DNA of 64,000 nucleotides, from contig CBDCXR010000004.1 of NCBI GenBank assembly GCA_965223845.1, positions 2,528,001 through 2,592,000 on the forward strand, in the 5' to 3' direction. The notes beneath the pieces are model-generated. The model did not search any database and had not been told where the DNA came from. It was given only the letters and a program-made list of their open reading frames with translations. Shown one piece after another: positions 1 through 10,100 of this stretch. The DNA is from Planctomycetota bacterium. GTDB taxonomy: Bacteria; Planctomycetota; UBA8108; SXIK01. The translations under genes were made by a program, and so were the position numbers. The stretch's first letter is position 1; each line of letters starts with the position of its first letter.

Positions 1-2771
1 CGCTCTGGCTTCGCACCGCATTCGACGTCGAGGATCCTGCGGCGCTCGGTGGACTCGTCCTTCGAATGAAATACGCCGACGGCTTCGCTGCGTTCCTGAA
101 CGGAACCGAAGTCGCGCGGCGCAATTCGTCGGGTCCTCTCGAATGGAACTCGGCGGCGACGTCGGAGCGGTCCGGCGACGAAATCGCGCTCGTCGAGGAG
201 ATCAACCTCGCCGACGCCCTTCCGCTACTACGTCCCGGCGAAAATATCCTCGCGATCCAGGCGATGAACGACAATGCCTCCGACGGCAACTTCCTCATCC
301 TCCCAGAGCTCGTCGCCGCCGGCGCGGCGGCCGAGTACCGGTACATGGAGACGCCGACGCCGGGCACGTTCAACTCCTCCGGTGCGATCGATTTCGTCCG
401 CGACGTCGAGTTCAGCGTCGAGAGGGGTTTTTTCGAAGACTCGTTCTCTCTCTCGCTTTCGACTCCGACAGAAGGAGCGCAGATTCGCTACACGCGAAAC
501 GGCGGCACTCCGACCGCCACATCGGGTTCGATCTACGATGATTCGATTTCGGTCACCGGTACCTCCATCATTCGAGCGGCCGCGTTCAAGGAAGATCACC
601 TCGACTCGAACGTGACGACGAACTCGTATCTCTTCGTGAGCGACGTCATCCGTCAGTCGCCGAGCGGTCAGGCTCCGTCCGGCTGGCCGTCGGGAAGCGT
701 TAACGGCCAGATCCTCGATTACGGCATGGACCCCGACATCGTGAACTCGGCGCGCTGGTCGAGCCAAATGGAGGATGCTCTTCTCTCGATTCCATCGCTC
801 TCGATCGTCACGGACATCGCGAACCTTTTCAGCTCCTCGACGGGGATCTACGTCAACGCTCGGAACGACGGCCGATCGTGGGAGCGGCGCACGTCGGTCG
901 AGCTGATCCACCCCGACGGCTCTCCGGGATTCGGGCTCGACGCCGGCCTCCGCATCCGCGGCGCGTTTAGCCGGAGCGGCGACAACCCGAAACACTCGCT
1001 TCGCCTGATCTTCCGCAACGAGTACGGCGCGGGGAAGCTCCGCTACCCGCTCTTCGGCGGGGAAGGCGCCGACGCCTTCGATCGCGTCGACCTCCGGACA
1101 AGCCAAAACTATTCCTGGGCGTTCTCGGGGAGCGACAAGAACACGTTTCTCCGCGACGTATTCTCGCGCGACGTAATGCGCGATTTGCGGAAGCCATACA
1201 CGAAGAGTCGCTACTATCACCTCTACTTGAACGCACAGTACTGGGGACTCTTTCAAACCGAAGAGCGCGCCGACGCTGATTTCGGCGCGACCTATCTCGG
1301 CGGCAGAGACGACGACTACGATGCGATCAAGAACAACTCCTCGGGAAATCGCGCGCTCGAAGCGACCGACGGCACCATGGAAGCTTACCGTCGACTCTAC
1401 GACGCCGCGGTCGCTGGATTCTCGAGCAATACGGCTTACCGGCGCGTGCTCGGGCTGCGCTCCGACGGAACTCCCGACCCGAACGGCGAGAAGCTCGTCG
1501 ACGCCCAGAATCTCATGGATTACATGGCCTGCACGTACTACACGGGCGACCCCGACGCCCCGGTCAGCGTGTGGGGACACATCTCGAACAACGTCTTCGC
1601 TCTCTACAACCGCGAGAACCCGCAGGGGTTCAGTTGGTTCCGGCACGACGCGGAGCACTCGCTCGGGGCGAACGGTGGCCTCAACGAAGGTCGACTCCTC
1701 ACCGATACGATCGACCGATCGATCGGACAGGAGTGGCGCGACTTCAACCCCGCGTGGCTGCACATCCGGTTGACGGCGAACCGCGAATACCGCATCCAGT
1801 TCGCCGATCGCGTGAACCAACTCTTTTTCGGCAGCGGTGAGCTCAGCCCGGAGCGGAACATCGCCCGCTGGGAAGAGCGCGCACAGGAGATCGAGCTCGC
1901 CGTCATCGCGGCGTCCGCACGCTGGGGCGACTCGAAGCGTGCGACGCCGCGCACGAAGGACGACTGGGAGGACGAATCCGACTGGATGCTGGACACGTTC
2001 TTTCCCCGGAGAACGCAGATCGTTCTCAATCAAATGCGATCGGTGAATATGTTCCCCGACGCGGCGATCGTCGCGTTCAACCAGCACGGCGGGGAGGTTC
2101 CGAGTGGATTCGGGCTCACTATGTCACAATCGAACGGCGACCTCGGAACGATCCTCTACACGACCGACGGAACCGATCCCCGTGAATGGGGAGGCGAGGT
2201 GAACCCCGCGGCGGCGGAGTACACGGATAGCGTCGCGATCACTGAGACGGTGACCGTGAACGCGCGTGTCCGTGACGGATCGACGTGGGGCGCGATGACG
2301 ACGGCGCGATTCACGCTTGGGCTCGAGGGGCTCGTGATCAATGAAATCATGGCGGAGAACGACTCCGTGCTCGAAGATCCCGTCGAACCGGGTGAGTTTC
2401 CAGACTGGATCGAGTTCTACAACGGAACGGCGACCGCGATCGACCTCGGCGGAATGTACCTCACGGACGACCCGCTCGATTTCCAGCAGTGGCAGATACC
2501 GGCCGGAGTGACGATCGGCCCCGGAGAATACCTCGTGTTTCTCGCCGACGACGACGGCACGCAGGGACCGCTCCACACGAACTACCAGCTCAGCCGAACC
2601 GGCGAATCCGTGATCTTGATCGATACGGACGGCGAGACGGTGATCGATGAGGTCACGTTCGACTACCAGTTCGACGACGTGTCGTTCGGACGGTATCCGG
2701 ACGGCGCGGACACGTGGGGATTTCACGACCTACCGACGCCGGGCGCAGCCAATACGCCCGTGACGCCCTAG
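1..2771 (+). CDS. CotH kinase family secreted protein with Fn3-like (chitobiase C-terminal type) and C-terminal lamin-tail domains; 5' partial
   Basis: Frame is open from position 3 (LWLRTAFDVEDP...), so the gene starts before the window. CotH-like motifs GLRIRGAFSR, YYHLYLNAQYWGLFQTEER and HDAEHS; IRYTRNGGTP and LYTTDGTDP repeats; lamin-tail VINEIMAEN...DWIEFYN...PTPGAAN. Confidence 0.85.
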   Translation, partial: LWLRTAFDVEDPAALGGLVLRMKYADGFAAFLNGTEVARRNSSGPLEWNSAATSERSGDEIALVEEINLADALPLLRPGENILAIQAMNDNASDGNFLILPELVAAGAAAEYRYMETPTPGTFNSSGAIDFVRDVEFSVERGFFEDSFSLSLSTPTEGAQIRYTRNGGTPTATSGSIYDDSISVTGTSIIRAAAFKEDHLDSNVTTNSYLFVSDVIRQSPSGQAPSGWPSGSVNGQILDYGMDPDIVNSARWSSQMEDALLSIPSLSIVTDIANLFSSSTGIYVNARNDGRSWERRTSVELIHPDGSPGFGLDAGLRIRGAFSRSGDNPKHSLRLIFRNEYGAGKLRYPLFGGEGADAFDRVDLRTSQNYSWAFSGSDKNTFLRDVFSRDVMRDLRKPYTKSRYYHLYLNAQYWGLFQTEERADADFGATYLGGRDDDYDAIKNNSSGNRALEATDGTMEAYRRLYDAAVAGFSSNTAYRRVLGLRSDGTPDPNGEKLVDAQNLMDYMACTYYTGDPDAPVSVWGHISNNVFALYNRENPQGFSWFRHDAEHSLGANGGLNEGRLLTDTIDRSIGQEWRDFNPAWLHIRLTANREYRIQFADRVNQLFFGSGELSPERNIARWEERAQEIELAVIAASARWGDSKRATPRTKDDWEDESDWMLDTFFPRRTQIVLNQMRSVNMFPDAAIVAFNQHGGEVPSGFGLTMSQSNGDLGTILYTTDGTDPREWGGEVNPAAAEYTDSVAITETVTVNARVRDGSTWGAMTTARFTLGLEGLVINEIMAENDSVLEDPVEPGEFPDWIEFYNGTATAIDLGGMYLTDDPLDFQQWQIPAGVTIGPGEYLVFLADDDGTQGPLHTNYQLSRTGESVILIDTDGETVIDEVTFDYQFDDVSFGRYPDGADTWGFHDLPTPGAANTPVTP

Positions 2772-2851
2772 CTTCTCTCGGCGCGATTACGCGCTGCGCG
2801 GGAGAATCGTGTAGTCAAATCAGAGGAACGAAATTGAACGTAGTTTTTCGA

Positions 2852-2880
2852 TTGCAACCCGGTCCACAGCGAATCATAGT
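2852..2880 (+). promoter_or_regulatory. Putative sigma70 promoter (TTGCAA-N17-CATAGT) with AT-rich upstream tract
   Basis: -35 box at 2852-2857, 17-nt spacer, -10 box at 2875-2880. Bases 2831-2850 are unusually AT-rich for this genome. Confidence 0.55.
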
Positions 2881-2886
2881 GAGCGC

Positions 2887-3007
2887 TACAGTTCGCGATC
2901 GAGGAGAGCGCAGCTCTCCGGTGAAGCGGCGCCTGCGCCGCGAGCGAACCTTCAACTCGCCCACAACTGCCCCGACCCGCCCGGCGTCCGCGTCGGGCGG
3001 GTTTTTT
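2887..3007 (+). ncRNA. Candidate structured small RNA or riboswitch-like leader (three-way junction plus terminator)
   Basis: P1 GTTCGC 2891-2896 pairs with GCGAAC 2944-2949; P2 GGAGAGC-GCA-GCTCTCC 2903-2919; P3 GCGGCG-CCTG-CGCCGC 2926-2941. It lies between a promoter and a terminator. Family not recognised. Confidence 0.45.
2975..3007 (+). terminator. Intrinsic (Rho-independent) terminator
   Basis: CCCGCCCGGCG-TCCG-CGTCGGGCGGG stem-loop (one G-U pair) followed by TTTTTT at 3002-3007. Confidence 0.8.
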
Positions 3008-3061
3008 GGTTCGCTGCTCGGCGCCACTCAGTCCGCGGGTCGCGGTGCAGCTCGGTTCTCA

Positions 3062-6000
3062 TTGGGGACCGCGGTGATCAGCGCGTTTTTGGGACTCCTG
3101 GTCGACTCGTCCCTCGCCGCCGCGTCGCCCGGCCGTCCGCCGACCGCTGGGTCGGATTCGTCGGCGCAAGCCGCTGACGAAGGTCGCCAAGACCGTCCTC
3201 GCGCGCGGCGCGATCGCGGGAGAGCGAAGCGGCGCGCCGACGGTCGACGGGATGCGAAACATCGGGACAGCGGTCAACCCGCCCCCGCGCGCGATCCGGA
3301 ATTCGAAAAGTACGCCATCGATCGCAAGACCTCTCCGCGCCCGGGTCCCGTCGAGCCCATCGCGACCCAGCTGCCTCTCGAGCTGAACTCCAAGGAACGC
3401 ATCGGATTCATCGGGAACACCCTCTTCGAAAGAGCTCAGCTCTTCGGTCAGTTCGAGACACTCGTCTACCAGCACCATCCGGCGCTCGATCTCATCGTCC
3501 GCAATTTCGCCTGGTCGGCCGACACACCGAATCTTCAGCCGCGGCCGGCGAACTTTGCCGACGTCGAACAGCATCTCACACACATCCGCGCCGATGTGAT
3601 CTTCGCCGCGTTCGGCTTCAACGAGTCGTTCGCCGGCCTCGAGGGTCTCACCGACTTTCGACGGAGTCTCTCTTCGTATCTTTCCGAACTCGCACGGAAA
3701 GCCTTCAACGGTCGCTCCGCACCTCGTATCGTTCTCGTCTCCCCCATCGCGAACGAAAACGTCGATGGAGTCGCCGCAGCCGATCTCAACAACGATCGCC
3801 TCGCCGCCTATGTCGAGGTGATGCGCGAGGTCGCCGCCGACCAGAACCTCGGATTCGCCGACGTCTTCAGCGAGACGCGGGCGGCGATGGCCGATCCCAA
3901 ATCGGATCTCACATTCAACGGTGTGCATCTCACCGAAGACGGCTACGCGTTGTTCGCGCGCGTTCTCTTCCGAGCGGTCTTCGGGCAAGATCCCCCATCG
4001 ATCGACGGTACGATCCGCCGCCTCGTCGTCGAAAAGAACCGGCAGTACTTCCGGCGCTACCGCCCTCTCAACACGTACTACTACACCGGTAACCGGAATC
4101 GGGCGTACGGCTATCTCGACTTTCTTCCGGCGATGCGAAGCTTCGAGATTCTCGTCGAGAATCGAGAGCGACGCATTTGGAAACTCGCCCGCGGCGAAGC
4201 CGTTCCACCGGAGATCGACGACTCAAACGTCCCGCCGCTCCCGCTCACGCGAGAGAATCGCGGCGCGAACCGTTGGATGTCGGCGAGCGACGAGCTCGAA
4301 AGCTTCAAGGTCGATCCGCGCTTCGAGGTAAACCTCTTCGCCGGCGAGGAGGAGTTTCCAGAAATCGCGGCGCCCGTCCAGATGCGTTGGGATTCACGCG
4401 GTCGTCTTTGGGTGGCTTGCTCGACGACGTATCCGCACGTCTACCCGGGGAACGAGCCCAACGATCGAATCGTCATTTTGGAAGACACCGACGGCGACGG
4501 ACGAGCGGACTCGTCGAGCGTCTTCGCCGACGACCTCCACGTTCCGCTCTCGTTCGAGTTCGGCGACGGCGGGGTCTACGTGTCGGAAGAGCCCCACCTC
4601 TCATTCATCAAGGATACAGACGGCGACGGGAAAGCCGACTTCCGCCGGCACGTCCTTACGGGCTTCGGCTGCGAAGACTCGCACCATGCACTCCACGATT
4701 TCATTTGGGCGCCAGACGGAGCGCTGATCTTTCGCGAGTCCATTTTCCACCATTCTCAGGTCGAGACACCCTACGGTCCCGTTCGACAGCAAAACAGCGG
4801 CTGGTTTCGCTTCGAGCCGGAACGGCATCGCCTGACGAGCTTTGGAACCTACCCGAGCACGAATCCCTGGGGAGTCACGTTCGATCGCTGGGGACAACAC
4901 GTTGCGAGCCATCCGATCTACGCGTCGGCGTTCCACGCCCTCGACCCGCCCTATCCAGAACAGCATCCCCGTCCCGCCGGGCTCCGCGCGTACTCGGGGA
5001 CCTGTGGACAGGAATTCGTCGACTTCACCACGTTTCCGGACGAGCTTGCCGGTCACTTCGTCAAGGCGCGCTACAAGCCGACGAATCGCATCGAGATCCA
5101 CCGTTGGGTCGAGGGCGAGTACGGCTACGACGAAGAGTACGTCGGCGATCTCATCTTTTCGTCGAACCTGAGCTTCATCCCTGTCGACATTCGCTTCGGA
5201 CCTCGCGGCGCGCTCTACATCTGCGATTGGTACAACCCGATCAAGGGCCACATGCAGTACTCGCTCCGCGACCGACGGCGAGACCGTCATTCGGGACGGA
5301 TTTGGCGCGTTACCGCCAAGGGGAAGCCGCTTCAGAATCCGCCAAAGATCTCCGGTGCTTCGGTCAACGAACTGCTCGAGATTCTGAAGCGCCCCGAATA
5401 CCGCTACCGGTACTGGGCCAAGCGCGAGCTCAGGGAACGTGAGGCCAGCGACGTGAAGCGGGCACTCGCGACTTGGGTGAACGGGCTCGACTCGGAGCAT
5501 CCAGAGTTTCTCAACCACCGCCTACAAGCGCTGTGGCTCTCGAGCAGCACGGGCGCGGTCGACGCCGAGATTCTCCGCTCGCTTCTTCGCTCCAGCGATC
5601 ACCGCGCGCGCGCGGCCGCCGTCCGCGAGCTCCGCTACTGGCACTCGCGACTTCCCGACGCGATCGATCTCCTTCGCCGCGCCGCCAACGATCCGATGGG
5701 AATCGTGCGCATGGAGGCCGCGATCGCTGCTTCCTACGTCGGCAGTCGGGCGGCGCTCGATGCGCTCCTCGATGTCGCAAAGCATCCGCGCGGCGGTCAC
5801 CTCGAATACGCATTCGCCTGCGCGCTCGGCTCGCACACGCTGCGCCCCCATTGGGAACGGAACTCTGACTACGCTCAGGTTCCGTCTCTCCTCCGCGCCG
5901 CGAAGGCAAAGCAGCGTCTGGTCGAGCCGGCCGCGAGCGCTCGAGACTCCGCGTTCGACAACCGTCCGGGCCTGAAGCGGATCGAGATCTCGTGCCTCCC

Positions 6001-6931
6001 CGAAAAGATGAAGTACACGGTCGAGCGCTTCACCGTGAAGACGAACCAAGCGGTGAAGCTCGTCTTCTCGAACCCCGATGCCACCGATCACAATCTCGTG
6101 ATCGTCCAGCCGGGCGCCCTCGAGGAAGTGGGCATGGCGGCGAACGATATGGCGCGCGACCCGAAGAACGCGAGTTCGGACTTCATTCCCGAAACGAAAC
6201 GCCATCTCATCGTCGAAGCGACACCGATGATCGGCCCCACGCGAAAGACGAAAGTTCACGTTCTCCGCTTCGAGGCTCCCGCCGAGCCGGGCGTGTACCC
6301 GTACGTGTGCACGTTCCCCGGACACTGGGTCGTCATGACCGGGGAGATGATCGTCGTCCGAAAGCTCGAAGATGTCAGCGCCCTTCTCGCGGCCCAGGAG
6401 AAGAAGTTCGTGCGCAATTGGACCCTGAGCGATTTCCCCGACGTGAACTCGACTGGCGATGAGCGGTCGGTCATGCGCGGCATGAAAGTCTTCGCTGACG
6501 CCCGCTGCAATCAGTGCCACGCCGTCGGTGGGCACGGGGCAAAGTTCGGCCCCGATCTCACCAAGATCGCGGAACGATTCAAAGGGAAGGAGCTTTTACG
6601 TCAGATCATCGAGCCGTCGAGCACCGTGAGCGACGCGAACCGGAGCTATCAAATCGTCACCGCGAGCGGCGATGTCGTCATCGGCTCGATCGTGAAGGAG
6701 ACCGAGACCGCACTCGAAATCGCGACGAACCTGCTCGATCCGAACTCCGTTGTGACAGTCGAAAAAAGCGACGTCGAAGAGAAGACCGCGGCGACGCAGT
6801 CGGCGATGCCCGAGGGGCTTCTCTCCGTTCTGACAAAGGAAGAGATCCTCGATCTCCTCGTTTTCCTCGAGGCCGGCGGGTATCAGTTGCCGCCCGAGCT
6901 CAAGAAGAACGGGCACAAGCATGATCACTAG
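3062..6931 (+). CDS. PVC-type heme-binding multidomain protein: SGNH-like domain, sorbosone-dehydrogenase-like propeller, HEAT repeats, azurin-like cupredoxin and cytochrome c
   Basis: FEVNLFA/WDSRGRLWV/LEDTDGDGRAD propeller motifs; cupredoxin DHNLV...YVCTFPGHWVVM; CNQCH and SAMPEGLL. Start uncertain (TTG 3062 or GTG 3074); the frame is open from 2714. Confidence 0.85.
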   Translation: MGTAVISAFLGLLVDSSLAAASPGRPPTAGSDSSAQAADEGRQDRPRARRDRGRAKRRADGRRDAKHRDSGQPAPARDPEFEKYAIDRKTSPRPGPVEPIATQLPLELNSKERIGFIGNTLFERAQLFGQFETLVYQHHPALDLIVRNFAWSADTPNLQPRPANFADVEQHLTHIRADVIFAAFGFNESFAGLEGLTDFRRSLSSYLSELARKAFNGRSAPRIVLVSPIANENVDGVAAADLNNDRLAAYVEVMREVAADQNLGFADVFSETRAAMADPKSDLTFNGVHLTEDGYALFARVLFRAVFGQDPPSIDGTIRRLVVEKNRQYFRRYRPLNTYYYTGNRNRAYGYLDFLPAMRSFEILVENRERRIWKLARGEAVPPEIDDSNVPPLPLTRENRGANRWMSASDELESFKVDPRFEVNLFAGEEEFPEIAAPVQMRWDSRGRLWVACSTTYPHVYPGNEPNDRIVILEDTDGDGRADSSSVFADDLHVPLSFEFGDGGVYVSEEPHLSFIKDTDGDGKADFRRHVLTGFGCEDSHHALHDFIWAPDGALIFRESIFHHSQVETPYGPVRQQNSGWFRFEPERHRLTSFGTYPSTNPWGVTFDRWGQHVASHPIYASAFHALDPPYPEQHPRPAGLRAYSGTCGQEFVDFTTFPDELAGHFVKARYKPTNRIEIHRWVEGEYGYDEEYVGDLIFSSNLSFIPVDIRFGPRGALYICDWYNPIKGHMQYSLRDRRRDRHSGRIWRVTAKGKPLQNPPKISGASVNELLEILKRPEYRYRYWAKRELREREASDVKRALATWVNGLDSEHPEFLNHRLQALWLSSSTGAVDAEILRSLLRSSDHRARAAAVRELRYWHSRLPDAIDLLRRAANDPMGIVRMEAAIAASYVGSRAALDALLDVAKHPRGGHLEYAFACALGSHTLRPHWERNSDYAQVPSLLRAAKAKQRLVEPAASARDSAFDNRPGLKRIEISCLPEKMKYTVERFTVKTNQAVKLVFSNPDATDHNLVIVQPGALEEVGMAANDMARDPKNASSDFIPETKRHLIVEATPMIGPTRKTKVHVLRFEAPAEPGVYPYVCTFPGHWVVMTGEMIVVRKLEDVSALLAAQEKKFVRNWTLSDFPDVNSTGDERSVMRGMKVFADARCNQCHAVGGHGAKFGPDLTKIAERFKGKELLRQIIEPSSTVSDANRSYQIVTASGDVVIGSIVKETETALEIATNLLDPNSVVTVEKSDVEEKTAATQSAMPEGLLSVLTKEEILDLLVFLEAGGYQLPPELKKNGHKHDH

Positions 6932-6948
6932 CGTCTAGGCTTCACGCG

Positions 6949-7077
6949 TTCCCGTTCCCGCTCCCGGCTCTGCGATGAGAGGGACACCGGTGAACCGAGA
7001 ATCTACCGGCGACGCGGCAGCTCCGGCCGGATCGCAGAGGAAGAGAAGATGAGGTTTGTCGGGAACGGGAACGGGAA
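6949..7077. repeat. Palindromic REP/MITE-like intergenic element with GGGAAC/GTTCCC hexamer arms
   Basis: 6949-6968 matches the reverse complement of 7058-7077 at 18/20; nested CTCTGCGAT (6968-6976) pairs with ATCGCAGAG (7031-7039). Confidence 0.7.
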
Positions 7078-7191
7078 TGGGTACCACGTCTGGAACCCGC
7101 CCCGCGAAAACGGCGTGCCGAACGCCCGCGTGACCTCCGATCCCAGGGGCGCCCGTAGAATCTCGGGTAAAGTACGGGATAAACTCGAGGA

Positions 7192-10100
7192 ATGTCCCCA
7201 GCCTCCTCATTTCTTCGGGCGACGATCGCCTGCGCACTCATCGCCGCCACCGCGCACGCGGACGCGCCATCCTTCCAGCGCGACGTCCGGCCGATACTGA
7301 GCCGATACTGCTTCGCGTGCCACGGACCGGACGAAGAGTCGCGCCAAGCTAAGCTCCGTCTCGACACCTTCGCCGGTGCGACCAACGATTTGGGCGGCCA
7401 ACGCGCGATTGCACCCGGCGCACCCGAGGCGAGCGAGCTTCTCCGTCGCGTCGCGGCGTTCGATCCCGCCGAGCGCATGCCGCCGCCCGAGTCGGGGAAG
7501 ACGCTCACTCGCGAAGAAGTGGACACTCTTCGCCGCTGGATCGCCGCCGGCGCAGAGTACGAGCGCCACTGGGCGTTCGTCGCTCCCGCGAGGCCTTCGC
7601 TCCCGGAGGTTTCTGATCCCTCGTGGCCGCGCGGGGCGATCGACCGATTCGTGCTCGCTCGGCTCGATGCTGCGGGTCTTCGCCCGTCTCCTCCGGCGGA
7701 TCGCTACACGCTCATTCGCCGCCTCTATCTCGATCTCCTCGGAGTGCCGCCGACACCCGCCGAGGCGGACGCGTTCGTACGCGATTCGCACCCCGATGCG
7801 TACGAGAAGCTCGTCGACGGACTCCTCGCGCGTCCCGAGTACGGCGAACGCTGGGCGAGGCGCTGGCTCGATCTCGCGCGCTACTCCGATACGAACGGCT
7901 ACGAGAAGGATCGCCCGCGCTCGATGTGGCCGTACCGCGACTGGGTGATCCACGCGTTCCTCCGCGACGCTCCGTTCGACGAGTTCACGATCGACCAGCT
8001 CGCAGGGGACATGGTGGAGCGCGGATCCCTAGAGCAGCGCGTCGCCACCGGATTCCATCGCAACACGATGCTGAACGAAGAGGGCGGAATCGACCCTCTC
8101 GAATACCGCTACTACGCGATGGTCGATCGCGTAGCGACAACGGGAACGACGTGGCTCGGCCTCACTCTCGGGTGCGCTCAGTGCCATACGCACAAGTACG
8201 ACCCGATCTCCCAAACGGACTACTACCGGTTTTTCGCGCTCCTCAACAACGCGGACGAGCCGGATCTCTCCGTTCCGGACGCGACGACCAGAGAGCGCCA
8301 GCGGGAGATCGATTCCGAGATCGCAACGCGCGAAGCGGAACTCGAGGCCGCGTTTCCGCCCGCGCCGGGCGCATCGTCGGGCGACGAGAGCGCGCGTCGC
8401 GCGCACTTCGATGCGAAGTTCTCCACGTGGCTCGAGTCCGAAGAAAAGCGCGCCGCCCCGTGGGAAATCCTCCGGCCCCACGCGATGGTTTCCAACCTCG
8501 CGCGGCTCGAAGTTCTTCCCGACGGATCGATCTTCGCGAGCGGAGATGCAACCAAGAGGGACGTCTACACGTTTCGAGTCCAGCTGGCGACGCTCCCGAA
8601 ACCGCTGACCGCGCTCCGCCTGGAGGTACTTCCCGATCCGCGTCTTCCCGACGGCGGGCCGGGCCGAGCCTACTACGAAGGCCGAAAGGGCGATTTCTTT
8701 CTGAGCGAGCTTCGAGCGTCCGTCGATGGCCGCCCGGCTCCGTTCAGCCGAGGAACCAAGAGTTACGGCAAGATTTCGATCGGCAGCGGAAGTGCCGACG
8801 CCCGGAACGTGTTCGACGGCGAGGGATCGACGGGCTGGTCGACGTCGGGGCGAGCGGGCGAAGCCCATCGCCTCGTCCTTCAATTTGATCGTCCGATCGA
8901 ATCCGGCGACGAGCTGAGTCTCGAGCTCCTCTTCGAAAGACACTTCGTCGCGAGCCTCGGACGGTTTCGCTTCGCCGTAACGTCGTCGCGGAGCGACGTG
9001 GCGGCGACCACGACTCCCCCCGAGATCGAGGCGATCCTCGCGCGCGACGCGTCGACTCGAACGGACGACGAGCGGGCACGCCTACGGCGACAGTTCGTCC
9101 GTGTCTCACCGGATCTCGCGGAAGCGCGAACCGCGATCGACGAGCTGCGGAAGCGCCGCCCGCGCCTTCCGACGACTCTCGTTCTCGAGGAGCGGCCTCC
9201 GGACCATCCTCGCCCGACCTTTCGACATCACCGCGGCGAGTTTCTCAGCCCGCGCGAGCGAGTTCGACCGGGCGTACCCGACGTCCTTCCCCCGCTCGCT
9301 TCGTCCCGTCCCCCCGATCGTCTCGCTCTCGCTGAATGGCTCGTCAGCCGTCGGCATCCGCTCACGCACCGAGTGACGGTCAACCGCAACTGGCAGTACT
9401 TCTTCGGCGCCGGGCTCGTCCGTTCGAGTGACGACTTCGGGACGCAGTCCGACCCTCCTACGCACCCCGAACTCCTCGACTGGCTCGCCGTCGAGCTCGT
9501 CGAGAGTGGCTGGTCGATCAAGGCGCTTCACCGAGAGATCGTTCTCAGCGCAACGTACCGGCAAAGTTCGCGAGTGTCGCCGGAGCTGCTCGAGCGCGAT
9601 CCAGAAAACCGGCTGCTCGCGCGCGGCGCCCGGTTCCGCGTCGACGGCGAAGTCGTGCGCGACATCGCGCTTCGAGCGAGCGATCTTCTCGTCTCCGCGA
9701 TCGGCGGCCCGAGTGTCCGTCCGCCGCAGCCTGCGAGCGTGACGGCCGTCGCCTACGGCGGAAAAGCCTGGAGCGCTTCGAAAGGCGCCGATCGCTTTCG
9801 GCGCTCGCTCTATACCTTCAGCAAGAGAACGGCACCGTTCGCAGCTTACTTGACGTTCGACGCGCCTTCGGGTGAGCAGTGCGTTTCGCGCCGCGATCGG
9901 AGCAACTCACCCCTTCAAGCCCTGACGCTTCTCAACGACGAAATGTTCCTCGAGTTCGCCCGAGCGCTGGCTAATTCCTGCGCGACCGCAGAATCACCGC
10001 GCGATCGCGCAATCGCGATCTTCCGCCGCGCACTCACGCGCCCGCCGACCGCACGGGAGCTCGAGTCGATTCTCGAGTACCATGCGAGGCAAAGAGCGCG

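Noticed and set aside
2891-2949. Assignment of the RNA element to tRNA, glycine riboswitch or hammerhead
   Set aside because: No tRNA D/T-loop layout or CCA end. GGAGAG is paired in P2 and the glycine CCGAAG/CAGG core is absent. No CUGAnGA/GAAA hammerhead core.
7049-7300. Small ORF beginning MRFVGNGNGNG
   Set aside because: The NG repeat is a translation of the GGGAAC DNA repeat, and the ORF overlaps the DUF1553 gene out of frame.
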